In this document: positions 42,279 through 56,361 of the stretch, piece after piece
Layout: the number at the start of each line of letters is the position of its first letter
Position numbering within the stretch: position 1 is the stretch's first letter
DNA from: Octopus vulgaris
Lineage: Eukaryota
DNA length: 64,000 nucleotides
Assembly (NCBI GenBank): GCA_951406725.2
Contig: OX597825.1
Span: 82,088,001-82,152,000 of the forward strand
Direction: 5' to 3'
Notes under the pieces: generated by a model
Seen by the model: the letters and a program-made list of their open reading frames with translations, nothing else
Told to the model about the DNA's origin: nothing
The model's database searches: none
Program-made: the position numbers and the translations under genes

Positions 42279-43010
42279 AATCTATTTACCTAGATATCTA
42301 CCGACCGACCTACCTACTTGCGTACCTATCTACTTAACTCCCTGCTTGTTTTTTTTTTGCCTATTTACCTTTCTGCCTTCCTTCCTACCTACCTACCTAC
42401 CTTTCTACTTACCCACCTGTCTACCTACTTACCTGCCTACATAACTATCTATTTCTTATGTTCTTACCAGATTGTAACTGCACAGGTATCTACGAATTTA
42501 TCAAGCTATTTTCTCACATACGCACCTGCATACATGTGTGGGAAGCCATGTGCTATACACAAACAGGTAGAATACATGATTGCCTACAGGTATATACACG
42601 CACAAACCACCGTACACATACGCACACACATTTACATGCGGCATTATACCTATGTATATATATATATGTGAAAAGGCCCTGATTACACGAATAATTACAT
42701 AAAAAAACACGTAGTTTAGAGTACCACAGCAATTAATTTTAATGATGTATTTATGAAATTGCAAATGGGAAAATTATAACAAATATGGTTTTTGGATTTG
42801 GTTTGCAAGATTCTTTATGTGAGTTCGTGTGTTGAAGCATATTTTGTTTTGTCTAGAGAGAGTCATCCTCTTTTACTGCCTTATAATTTGACACACTCAT
42901 CGTTAAAATTTCCACTCATTTACTTATTTATTTTTCTAAAATTTTCGTTGCGTCTTGTAATCTTTTCAGTAGTTGTTGACTCTCAACAACTAGTAAAAAC
43001 AACCATTGAA

Positions 43011-43377
43011 AAGGTTGCAATGTGGTTTCGGGTTCTGTCCTGATGCGTGGCATATTGGGAAAGTGCTTTTTTGTTTGTAGCTTCGGGCTGACCAAAACCT
43101 TGTGGGTGGATTTAGTAGACGGAAGCTGAAAGAAGCCTGTCGCATATATCCATACATATATTTATTTGTGTATGTCTGCGTTTGACCTCATCTCCACTGC
43201 TTAGCAACAGGCGTTGGTGTGTTTATGTCTCCGTAACCTAGCGGTTCGGTAAAAGAGTTCGAGAGAATAAGTTCCAGTCCTAAAACACAAATTACTGGGG
43301 TCGATACATTAGACTATGAATCCTCCCTCGGTACTCCAGCATGGCGACAGTCTAATGATTGAAACAAGTAAAAGATG
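43011..43377 (+). mobile_element. SINE family A, diverged, opposite orientation to the other seven copies
   Basis: gtggatttagtagacggaagctgaaagaagcc..ctccagcatggc..gaaacaagtaaaaga. Confidence 0.88.
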
Positions 43378-43427
43378 CATTATTATAAATAGACATTTAT
43401 TTATACTATGTATACATACACACATAT

Positions 43428-43458
<31 letters not shown>

Positions 43459-43852
43459 AAAATGCAGACGTATTTTAAAGATGTTTATTGACTTGACCGG
43501 TTTCACTTAGAAAAAAAAAGATTTTCAAAAGTCAAATGTTAGGCTTTGTATAGCCTTTGTTTTAAACAATGGTTATCATAGATGTATTGAAATATAGTGA
43601 TACAATCTTTGACAATGATAAGAGTGTTAAGAGAGGTTTTGTTTAAACAGTTTACATAAAAATGTTAAAAAAAAAAGGTTGTGAAATAAATTTATAATTA
43701 TCTATAAGTTCATAAAAAATCATGATTGTATAGAAGCATATATACAGAAAGAACTTGTAATCAGTATTTGATAGGAGAAAGTGTGTATTGCGTGTATAAA
43801 TATATATACAACTTAACCCTCACGTCTTGTAAGAACAGTGAATATTGCCCTA

Positions 43853-44056
43853 TTTTTATTCTACTCAAGGCACAAGGCCCGAAGTTTTTGAGGAAGGGGC
43901 CATTCGATTAGATCGACCCCAGTACGCAGCTGGTACTTAATTTATCGACCCCTAAATAATGAAAGGCAAAGTCGACCTCGGTAGAATTTGAACTCAGAAC
44001 GTAAAGACAGACGAAATACCGCTCAGCATTTCGCCCGGCGTGCTACCGCTTTGCCT
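43853..44056 (-). mobile_element. SINE family B, monomer
   Basis: ggcacaaggcccgaa..gaaaggcaaagtcgacctcgg..gcccggcgtgcta. Confidence 0.9.
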
Positions 44057-44201
44057 CATTTACTCTTCAGAGATCCTTTTGTAACGTAGTATTCGAGGCT
44101 AATAACCGCAGTATTCGGTGTTGTAACAGAACGTCCATGTTTAGTTGGATTTAAAGTTCATATTTTGATATTAACACTGCTACTGTTACTTTTAATTATA
44201 C

Positions 44202-44235
<34 letters not shown>

Positions 44236-44668
44236 TCACACACGCGCACAGATATATATATACACATACACACACACACATATATATATACATTTATATA
44301 TATATATACTCACACACTCTAAATAACTTCCAGTTTCCCTTAGAAGAATTACAAGACGAATGGGCACAAAAAGAAGATTTATTACAGTTGGTGGCGCACG
44401 ACTAGAATTTTTAGATGCGACAAAAAAATCAGACGTACGAACACACACACATACACACACACACACACACGCGCGCGCGCGCACAAACGTACATATATAT
44501 AAATACACGCACGCACACTTATACATATACACAAAGGGTTTGTAAGCAACCTCACAAGTACATAAGGGGCAGAAAGGGAGAGAGAGAGAGGGCGGTGCTC
44601 CGGTAAGGTTTTATTTTCTATTTTTTAGCTCTGATGGCTAAAACAAACCGACTGACACCGTAATAATG

Positions 44669-44723
<55 letters not shown>

Positions 44724-44819
44724 TAATAATAATAATAATGAATACAGAAGTAAAACAAAATGGTGAACGGACAAAATAGAATAGTTTTCCCTCCCATCTT
44801 CCAAGAAAAACTGAGAGAA

Positions 44820-44996
44820 AAAGAGAGAGAGAGAGAGAGAGAAGAAGAAGAAGAAGAAGAAGAAGAAGAAGAAGAAGAAGAAGAAGAAGAAGAAGAAGAA
44901 GAAGAAGAAGACAAAGGAGGAGAAGACGAAGAAGAAGAAGAAGAAGAAGAAGAAGAAGAAGAAGAAGAAGAAGAAGAAGAAGAAGAAGAAGAAGAA
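44820..44996. repeat. (GA)n/(GAA)n purine tract
   Basis: Read directly; source of the poly-Glu and poly-Ser ORFs. Confidence 0.97.
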
Positions 44997-45503
44997 ATTA
45001 AACCAACAAGAGAAATGGCAAGAAATATGGAAAACAGAAAGGTGATGGAAGGTGAGGGGAAGGATTTAGAAAACACCCACAAAGAATAAATCCACCAAAG
45101 ACCACATTCTTTTTTTTTTCCATTTTATTTTATAAAGAAATCAAGGAATAAAAAGAAAACGAACAAACGGAAGCTCTCCGGACTTGGCGTAGAATCTATT
45201 CTACGTGAGAGCAGCATTTGGCAACCAAATGTGTTTTTCTTCACCGGAGAGCTCCCATTAAGTTCTTTCGGTTCAGTATTTGGTGTTATTGTGTTATTAA
45301 ACACTGTTGTAGGCATTGTGCCCATAGAAATAGAAAAGAGTTTATCCCGTCTTGTATTCTTATCAATACAGACGAGGCTTCCTCGGGTTTCTCTCACGTT
45401 CCTACTTTTCTTGACAATTTTCTCAATTATTGCTTTCTATCTTTAGTTTTTTTTCTTACTGTTTTCGTCTGATTGTCTGTCACACACACACATACACACA
45501 CAT

Positions 45504-45543
<40 letters not shown>

Positions 45544-45694
45544 CAGAGAGGAGAGAGAGAGAGAGACAGAGAGGTACCTTCTTTCTCTCGTTTTCGTTCC
45601 ACAGGGCTGATAGTTTTTGATTTGTTGGTTCCTTCACATATCTGTACCGAAGTATATCATATTGCATCCATTTGCATTGTTTCGATCAAATAAC

Positions 45695-45755
<61 letters not shown>

Positions 45756-45909
45756 CAGTAGTAGTAATGATAGTAGTCACAAACACAATGTAATGAAAAT
45801 GTATATATATTTACACACATACACGCATATATATACATACATATATGACTTCTATACATAAATGAAACTTTACGCACATAAATTCACACATAAGTGTACA
45901 TATACAGAC

Positions 45910-45979
<70 letters not shown>

Positions 45980-46576
45980 TGCACATAAACTGACGTGTTC
46001 ATAGTATGTATGCATGTATGTATATATATATATATATATATACATGTATATATATATATATATACATGTATACATACGTATATATACATTCCCGTACCAA
46101 CATGCATACGCACATGTATATACATGCATGCGTGTCAATAGGCGAAACTTGATTTACCAGTCTTCCTGATCTACACAATAAATTTGACCCCCGTATTTTC
46201 AGTAAAGAACCGCACCAACAGTAACTGCTTTGTTATTCTTAAAAGCACTTTAAAGGCTGACGTTATTTCAACATTTCAGTTTATCTTTTGCTTTTCTGTA
46301 AATGGTGGAATCTCCTGTCGAAAACGACAGATGAGGTTTCCGCTGCTTCTTGCTGAACAGCCAGCGCAGATGATTTGTTTATAAGGATCAAATTTTAGTG
46401 TTGTACATTAGGTTAGTTCTTCTATCAAGTCGGCTTTACTTGTACAGAACCACATGAAATGGAAGTGCCCTGTTCAAGATCACAGCGCACCGCCCGATTC
46501 ACGAAGCGAAAGCACAGTCTGGCGATCGCCTGTACAACATTTGAACCACCAGGTCATGTGCCTCGCTGTGTGTGTA

Positions 46577-46990
46577 TCTCTTTACTCTCTTTTACTTGTT
46601 TCAGTCATTTGACTGCGGCCATGCTGGAGCACCGCCTTTAGTCGACCAAATCGACCCCGGGACTTATTCTTTGTAAGCCCAGTACTTATTTTATCGGTCT
46701 CTTTTGCCGAACCGCTAAGTGACGGGGACGTAAACACACCAGCATCGGTTGTCAAGCAATGCTAGGGGGACAAACACAGACACACAAACATATACACACA
46801 CATTTATATATATATATACATATATACGACAGGCTTCTTTCAGTTTCCGTCTACCAAATCCGCTCACAAGGCATTGATCGGCCCGGGGCTATAGCAGAAG
46901 ACACTTGCCCAAGATGCCACGCAGTGGGACTGAACCCGGAACCATGTGGTTGGTTAGCAAGCTACTTACCACACAGCCACTCCTGCGCCT
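46577..46990 (-). mobile_element. SINE family A, full length
   Basis: Minus: aggcgcaggagtggctgtgtggtaag (A box), gggttcagtccc (B box), CORE-like cttgggcaagtg, internal microsatellite, tail gaaacaagtaaaagag. Confidence 0.95.
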
Positions 46991-47379
46991 ATGTATGTGT
47001 GTACATATTTATGTATGTACGTATATGCGTGGGCGTATGTGTTTGTGTGTATTCTTTTTCCGTGGGTGGTGCGTGTGATATTACCAAGGTTAAAATCTTA
47101 GAGGCGTCATCCGCATGAAAAACAATAGCTAAGTTAGAAACACTTCAACCATTATGAACTAAGATCGTATCTTGAAGGTGATTTATATTTCAGCCACTTA
47201 AGACAAGCACAAATCTCAAATGAATTCAGGCCACACAAATGGCTATTTCTGTTTAATGACAATATTTAAAAGATCTACAGTAAGAGTGTAAATAGTTTCT
47301 GTTGAGGACAGTGCTACTCAAAATGTGTTGAACTAGCGCTGGGGGTGAGGATGGCGGTGGAAAATTTATTCTTTCATTT

Positions 47380-47795
47380 GGCGAAAGATCAACAATTTTA
47401 AGAGGAGGGGTTTTTGTTGATGGTTAGTCGATTACAACTGCCCTAGTGCCCAGCTGGTACTGATTTCAATAACCCCTAAAGGATGAAAGGCAGAATTTCA
47501 ACTCAGACTGGCGAATGTTGCTGAAATGCATTTTACCCGGCGAGCTAACGATCCTAGTGGCTCATCACCTTTAGGCCTGAATATTGATTTCAAATTTTTG
47601 CACAGGGTCCAGCAGGCTCGTGGATAGGTCGATTACATCGACCCCAGTGTTCAACTGGTATTTGTTTTATCGATTCCGAAGGGATGAAAGACAAAGTGGA
47701 TACCGGAAGAATTTCAACTCAGAATGTAAAGACGGACGAAATGCCGCTAAGCATTTTACCCGGCGTGCTAACGGTTCTGCTAACTCACCGGCTTC
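47380..47795 (-). mobile_element. Two adjacent diverged SINE family B copies
   Basis: Two instances of ggatgaaag..gaatttcaactcaga..ttttacccggcg. Confidence 0.8.
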
Positions 47796-49424
47796 AATTT
47801 GAATATAATATTAAGCTAAACTAAAGCGGTGACACAAAATCGCTTAGCTGCGTCCAAGTTCTAAGTTCAAATCTGAGATCAGTTTCACCTGTCATTCCTC
47901 GGAAGAGATAATAACTAATAACCTCTCAACATATTCGTTACAATATTTTCTGTTCTATGAACAGTCGTGCACTAAATAATAAAATGCATATTAGATATAA
48001 TATATTGTATACATTGCATATAATGTATCGTCCATAACAGCGTGTCTATAAGAGACTGTATGTAAAAAAGGTGTGTCTTATATAATTTATGACTTCGTTC
48101 TGGAGAAGAGAGAAAAATAAACTCATTTGTTATCTCTTTTCTTGTGTGAGCTTCTCTCTTGGGATGGCAAGATTGGGATTCGAGAAATGTCGGCAGAAAC
48201 GGCGAAAGCTAAACTGGAAACACATACACACATACTTATAGTCATACACATAACCACACACACACATACATACAGATGCGTATGTATGACTATTCATGTA
48301 TACGTACAGATACATACACGTATGCCTACATATAACTACGCACATGCGTACAAACACGCATACACATGCTCACGCACATACACACACACATACGATTGGT
48401 GTATGTGTGTTTACATATATGTAGACGAACACAGACAAATCTTTAAATGTGGATGTATGGACGCATGAGTGTGTGTGTGTGTGTGAGCATGATTTTAGAG
48501 TCATTTATTATCCAGATAAATGACATAAATAACAAGTTTGGTTTAATCCACATCTAAAAATATATAGAGGATAGGGAACGTTCCCAAACAGACAGACAGA
48601 CAGACACACATTCGCATACACACACATGCATAGAAACATGTATACATGCATGAATTCAAGCAAGTAAGCGTCACATTGGCAGAGTCGTTAGAGAGTCGGA
48701 CAAAACGTTTCACGGGTTTTGCATCAATTCTTTGCAGTCTGTGTTCAATTCACGCTAAAGTCAATTGACTTTTATCATTTCGGATTCGATAAATGAAATA
48801 CCAATCAAAGGCAGAGATCAGTAGGATTGTAATAAACGTCGGACACGATACTGAGTACTATTTCTTCCAGCTCAGTGCGCTCAAGTTCAAATCCTAGCAT
48901 ACTCTGTGTGTGTGTGTATATATATATACATATACAAAATGGAAGAAGAACACAAAACATCCAGAAATGTATATTTTCTTTAATCATAGAATAAACCAGT
49001 ATCTATCTTGACTTCCACCATTTATTATAATATTAGTTTGTATCAGACGACATTATATCCCCAATCTTTGAAGTATTGCTATATTTATAAAACTAATTGT
49101 CATTTATAAGTAACTCCTGCTAAATCATTTCATGAGGGTTACTCAAAGTTTAATCTGAAATATTTTATAATCTGTGATTTTCTGCATTATGTGTAATCTT
49201 CTGCGCAATGTTTGATCGACTACATAAGTAGTCGAACCACTCCATCAAAGATGGTTGGTTGTAGATATCCTGTGACACCGAGAGGATAGCGCGAACATAA
49301 CCTGAAGAAACTCAAAGGCATTTCATTTTGTGCAACAATTCATCGACATTATTAGCGTCGTTTTCAAATACAAACCAACAAGCACGCACACACGCACGCA
49401 CACACGCACACACACACACGCGCG

Positions 49425-49474
<50 letters not shown>

Positions 49475-49646
49475 TATACACATACATACACAGAGAAAAA
49501 CACAACATATTCAAACGCCATATTTTTGGAACTAACAGGAAATATATAAATAAAAATTGTAAAAAAAAATGCTAAAAAAAAATTTTTTAACCGCGAAAGC
49601 GAGTAAAAATCTTTCTGTTAGTTGAAGTATGAAAAACAGAATTAAC

Positions 49647-50035
49647 TCTTTTTTCTACTCTAGGCACAAGGCCTGAAATGTTTGAGGAGGGGTCAGTCGA
49701 TTAGATCGACCCCAGTACGCAACTGGTACTTAGATAATCGACTCCGAAAAGATAAACGGCAAAGTCGACCTCGGCGGAATTTGAACTAAGAACGTAACGG
49801 CAGACGAAATACCTATTTCTTTACTACACACAAGGGACTAAACACAGAGGGGACAAACAAGGACAGACAAACGGATTAAGTCAATTATATCGACCCCAGT
49901 GCGTAACTGGTACTTATTAAATCAACCCCGAAAGGATGAAAGGCAAAGTCGACCTCGCCAGAATTTGAACTCACAACGCAGCGGCGGACGAAATACCGCA
50001 AAGCATTCCGTCCGACGTTTCTGCCAGCTCGCCGC
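49647..50035 (-). mobile_element. SINE family B, dimeric form
   Basis: Collinear with 22566-22965. Confidence 0.93.
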
Positions 50036-50140
50036 ATTACACAAAAAAAAAAAAAAAAATCGGAATTAACTAAGACCTTAATGTATGTAACGAATCTGAG
50101 TTTTGTTTACTCATTTATCCCTTTATTTTCTTCTTGGCTA

Positions 50141-50211
<71 letters not shown>

Positions 50212-50593
50212 TCTATGTATGTATATAAAGAAAAACAGTTTTTACACGAGAGTAGGGAACAAATTTAGTTGAAAAAGCCTGAATGTATGCACTGATAAAT
50301 TAGACACAACATTTACTAATTGTCAAGATTACTTCTACGACAGATGGTCCACATCTGTATTTCGTTTCAGTTCGTGTTGAATTGACAGGTTTTCGCCAAC
50401 TTCGTCAGGGTCCTCAGTTGTCAGAGATACGCACATGTGCAGCTAAAAGGGTGGGGGCACGTTAAATTTCTCTCTCACTGTATATATGTATGTGTGTGTG
50501 AGAGAGTGTATATATGTATGTAACTTCATGTCTGTCCCTCACTCTCTATATATGTATGGCCGTGTGTATATGCATGTATATATGTATATATGC

Positions 50594-50649
<56 letters not shown>

Positions 50650-51206
50650 GCATATATATAGTTAATGACAAAGGAAAATACAGATGCAAAAGCTGCAGAG
50701 ATGGTTATGGAAACCACCCAAGAGGTCGAGGATCGAATTTGGCTTCTTCAGACTACGACTGACCATATTAAATGAGTAATGAATGAAGTATACACGTGAA
50801 ATATTGGAAAAGTGATATCATTTCGGAAAGGGGGCGCCATTATTGTCTGGAGAGGAGAGAACAGTCATGGACACGTTTTTCTGTCTCCACAAACACCATA
50901 AGCACAATAATCACCCTATCCCCAACAGCCAATACACACACACAAGAACCCACACACATACACATACACGCATTGCTATTATATGTTCCAAGTCAGAGCC
51001 GTTCTGAGTTCATATCCCACCAAGCTCTTTTCGGGTTCGAAGATAAAATAAAGCAGCAAGTCAACCCCCCCCCCCCTCAAATTTACTTAGATTGAGAATC
51101 CTTATTTCGGATAAGGGATCCAGATTTTGAAACGTTTCTATATTTTAGATTTGGTCGACTGAATCATTGAGCTGGAATAAAATTCTCTCTTGACATTTAT
51201 GGTAAA

Positions 51207-51801
51207 CTAGCTGTTGGACCCGGCGTTGCTCGTGTTTTCCGTGTTGAAGTTAAGCCCACCTCTGACCGTTGAAATTTTACACGTGATTACAGTTCATGTC
51301 CATTGGTTGATGCCAGCTCTGGAATTTAAATTAAAATCTTTACCGTCTACCCTACCACAAAATTTACTTAAATCTCAAATTTCATTAAAATCGGATGAAA
51401 TATATATAAGTTACGGCCAAAAATAAAATCCCTATGGGTATTTGCACGCAAAAAGCCTGTTGATTTTATAAAACCACTGCTCATGCACAATTATCGATTT
51501 GTTGTCAACACCAACTCATTGCCGTGAGCCTCGTTCATTCATTGATTTTCATCAAAATCGGACAAAAAATTCAAAAGCTGCTTGAAAAATAACATCGTTA
51601 TGGGAATTTCCATTCAAACACCCGATTGAGCTCACAAATATCGATGCCAACTGAGCATTATCAAGTTTTCAAAAATTTCCGGCTTTATTTGACCTACCGA
51701 TGTGCTAAAAATCATTAAAATCGGTTGGACGGTGTGGAAGGAGTTAGGATAACTCCAAACACACAGACAGACAGACACTATTACACATTTAGCTATATAG
51801 A
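51207..51801 (-). mobile_element. Non-autonomous Helitron (family H2), complete
   Basis: Minus strand A|TCTATATAG.. and ..cacgagcaacgccgggtccaacagCTAG|T: TC start, subterminal hairpin, CTAG end, A|T insertion site, (CTGT)n near the 5' end. Confidence 0.9.
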
Positions 51802-51957
51802 TGTTATTCCTCTAATATTTTGAAAATGTATTCTGGTAAAGATTGGAGCATCGCATTTTCTAAGAAATCAGTGAGTCTTGCGGTTTTTACCTGTCGTAGG
51901 AATACTTTAAAGTGATTGTGCAGTCGGTTCATTAGTTTTGCTTTGCTTTTCCACGAT

Positions 51958-52078
51958 GAAGGACAGAGAAGGGGATTAAGTCGATTACATCGACCCCAAA
52001 GATTAACTGGTACTTATTTAATCGACCCTGAAAGGATGAATGGCAAAGTCGACCTCGGCGGAATTTGAACTCAGAAAG
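51958..52078 (-). mobile_element. SINE family B fragment (other fragments or diverged copies near 19870, 35696, 37474, 41558, 48670, 53690, 54150, 55330, 56500)
   Basis: aagtcgacctcggcggaatttgaactcagaa. Confidence 0.85.
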
Positions 52079-52849
52079 CTGGTTCACTGTGCTGCATGAG
52101 AGACTTGACAGTTAGTTCTTGTTGTGCAACCATGTTCATGCTTCCCAGTTATTTCCAAAAAGAATTCTCTAGAAAACCCTCTGAAAATTTTGTGGTGGTT
52201 ATGGTGATGATGTTGTGGCATTGCTGGTGGTGTGGTATCGGTAGTGGTGGTGGTGGAGATATCAGGATGGTAGGGGGAAGCGATGTAGGTGGCGTACAGT
52301 GGTGCACGATGCCACCAATATGAAATAGGTGGTGGTTTGATGGTGGTGGTGGTGATTATCGTAGCGGTGATAATAGTGGCGGTGGTGTTTGCAATGTGCA
52401 TAGTTGTGATAGTGATACTTAAAAATAATTTCGATAATGATAGCTACATCATAGAAGCTAGGTGGCGCTCTGTTACATTAGCACAACCGCCAGTCATCAC
52501 TCACTCTCCGCATCTGTCTTTCTAGGAATAAGTAAGAACGTCTATCTGCGGGTCCATATGTTGTCAGAAGTGATCTACATCACTCGCCATTCTCTCACCA
52601 AAAACAACAACAACAGTAACAACAACAAGAACAACAAGAGCAGCAGCAATAACAACAACAAGAACTAATGCAAAAAATATCTATGATAGTAGTAACAGCA
52701 GCAACAACGACAGCAGGACTTTTACGATAAAACTGTCGTAAGTGATAGCACGCGATTAGGTGAGGATACACTATCACTTGGCATGGTGATAAAACGCCAT
52801 CACCATGACAGTTGGAAGAAAAACTAAAACGCGCATATATACACATACA

Positions 52850-52882
<33 letters not shown>

Positions 52883-52921
52883 TTCTATGTATACGTATAT
52901 GTATGTATTTATGACTGTATG

Positions 52922-52964
<43 letters not shown>

Positions 52965-53025
52965 TTAGGTATTTAGGAATGCATGCATTTATGTATGCAT
53001 ACATACATACATACATATATATATG

Positions 53026-53058
<33 letters not shown>

Positions 53059-53099
53059 ATGCATACATATATATGTATGCACAGACACAGACACACACG

Positions 53100-53131
<32 letters not shown>

Positions 53132-53309
53132 CGTATGTGTTTGCATTAGACATAGAATGAATATAGATATAGATACGCAGACATATGTCTGTATAGAGAA
53201 GAAAAATGGTGAATAAATAAACAACAAAAGGAAAAATGGATAGGCGTGTGTGTGTGCGTGAGTTTGAATGTATGTGAGCGTGTGTGGGAGTGTGTTGTAA
53301 AAGGAATGA

Positions 53310-53354
<45 letters not shown>

Positions 53355-54868
53355 CGGTAGTCGTCGCCCTAGTAGTAGTAGTAGTAGATTGAAATGCAAT
53401 AAAAGTCAACAAACAATGGCGTTGGAGGTGAAATCTGTGTTAAGTTAAACAAAGTCAGACTTCCAATTAAGTCAGCCATATTGTTCCAGTTACTGTTCAG
53501 TGGTAGAAAGATGACACCATTATTAAATATCTTTCTAGCTGTAAGTCTCCGCGCTATCTAACAATCTGTCTATCTATCTAACTGTCTGTCTGCCTACCTG
53601 CTTGTCTGTTTACATGGGAGCATGTTTGTGTGTGTCTGTGTGTCTGTCTGTATATGTGTGCCTATGTGTTTAGCCTTCCAATTATTGCCCGGTAAAGTCG
53701 GAAGAATCGAATCGATCTGCAACAATTCTGTCAATCCAGCTTTACTTATGGATTCTGATAATATAAAATGTAAGTTTGACTTTGTTAGGATTTGAACTGA
53801 CGGTACAGTCTCAGAACTGGAAGAGTGAAGCCATTTCTTTAGACCCTCTAATAATTCCACTCACCGATATCTCAGATTATTTTCTATATTTATAAACCCG
53901 AAAAATATGATTTCCGTATGATTCGAACTCAGAGCATTGAGTACCGAAACAAGAATCTAATCAGATGTTCTAACAATTCAGCCATTTGACTTTTGCTGAA
54001 CTGGGTCCTTATTCATTAACTCCAAAAAGGATAAAAAGCAAAGATGACCCCAAAAAGATGAGTACCAAAACAAAAGCATGAAAAAAATCTCGTCAGACGC
54101 TCTAATGGTCCCACTCAGCAACTTCTCTTGAACTGGTTCCTTATCAAACCCTGGGGATAAAACATAAAGTTGGCCTCGGTGTGAAATGAACTCCGAGAGG
54201 AGTAAGCGAAAACAAATTCCATGAGGCATTGAATGCGATTCTCTAACGACTCTGCCGAGGCGATGCCTTCAAAAATTTGTTCCGAAGAGTTTCGAAGACA
54301 AAAGAAGTGAAAAGAAACGGAATCCTACTGGGAAACCGAGTTTTGGTAATTTTACCTTGGAATTATCGAAGCATGCTAAATTCCTTGTGGAATGGTTACA
54401 ACATTCGAAGATGGAAGGAGAAGATAAAGGTGGTGCCTTCATCAAACACGTTTACGCTTGATTAAACATGAGCTCACACGCCTACAATGCTTAAACACAC
54501 ACACACACACACACAAACAAACATACACATGCTTAATGAGCAACAGATGTGAGAGAGTTCAGCAATATTTTCATGCATCCTTACGTACACACTCACACAC
54601 ACACACACACATGCACACACACACATGCACATACACACTTACACACACATTCACACACACACATACATGGACATATTTATAAAGAAAGCGACACAATCGT
54701 AGAGACAGATATATACGTGCATATACATACATATATACATACATACATACATATATATATATATATACAGACACACACACACATATATATATATATGATA
54801 TTATATACATATAAAACATCTAATATGTATATGTTTGCATGTATGTATACGTATAAGTATATATATAC

Positions 54869-54945
<77 letters not shown>

Positions 54946-54988
54946 TATATACACACACATATATATATATATATACATATATACATAT

Positions 54989-55032
<44 letters not shown>

Positions 55033-55615
55033 CTAACTACACATAGAATAACCATATATGCATATACGTTTGTGTGCGTATTCTACGATTGCTCTATAAC
55101 TATTCGTTATCTTGCTTTGGCGATGCTTATATCCTCTCAAGGGTAACCAGAGAAGGCGTGGAAACTAAAAGCAATCGTATTATTTCAAGACCCGTCAAAT
55201 TCGGCGCCATAACGGCTATCATTAATCAATAAAAATAATAATTATTATTATCATTTTGAAAATAAGCGCAAGACCAGAACATTTTTATTATTAATTATTT
55301 TTTTTTTTTTCTTGAGAGCTGGGTTTCTGTCGATGAAATCGTGTCTGTACTGGAGAAGTAACTTATTCTATCGACATCAGAAGAATGTAGGTATGAAAGA
55401 TAAAGTAAATGTCGGTGGCATTTGAACGTAGAATCTAAAGATCGTGAACAAAGACTGCAAGGAATTTTGTCCGATTTTCTAGTGATCTGTGTACGTACGT
55501 ATGTTTTGTTCTTGTATGCACGCAACTATGTAGGTAGAGAGGCAGTTTACATATAATTATATATGTATATATGTATGTATATATAATTATATGAATACAC
55601 ACACACACACGCACA

Positions 55616-55742
<127 letters not shown>

Positions 55743-55759
55743 GTGTGTATACATGTATA

Positions 55760-56051
55760 TGGGGGAGATCCCCTTCGGTTATAAATGACCATGGGATTGC
55801 ACCGAGAAAGTTACCCTCCGAGGTACAAATCCGGGGAAGTTTGTTTGTGAAAGACCAGTATACCAGCCTCCCCTCTCCACACCACTGATGTTATCCAAGG
55901 GAAAGGCAAAGGGGCCGATACAGCTTGGCACCAGTGATGTCGCAACTCATTTCTACAGCTGAGTGAACTGGAGCAACGTGAACACAACATGCAGCCCGGT
56001 CAAGGAATCGAACACACAACCTCACGCTCTAGCCACTGAGCTATGCGCCTT
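55760..56051 (-). mobile_element. SINE family D, near full length
   Basis: Minus head gaaggcgcatagctcagtggctagagc..gttcgattcc, then gttgctccagttcactcagctgtagaaatgagt. Confidence 0.88.
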
Positions 56052-56060
56052 CATACACAC

Positions 56061-56122
<62 letters not shown>

Positions 56123-56290
56123 GCGTATGGCAAACCCTACTGTTTTTTCCTTCCAGGAACTATATGCCCCAATATTAGACAGTTTACCTTAGTCAATGCA
56201 CGGTGATCGCTTATAAGATTTAAGCTTATAAAATATTATTATTATTTTTCACACAGATTGTAAAATTCGGTACCGCTTACCAAATAATCA

Positions 56291-56361
<71 letters not shown>

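Noticed and set aside
44760-45089. 109-aa poly-Glu ORF
   Set aside because: Produced by a (GA)n/(GAA)n microsatellite.
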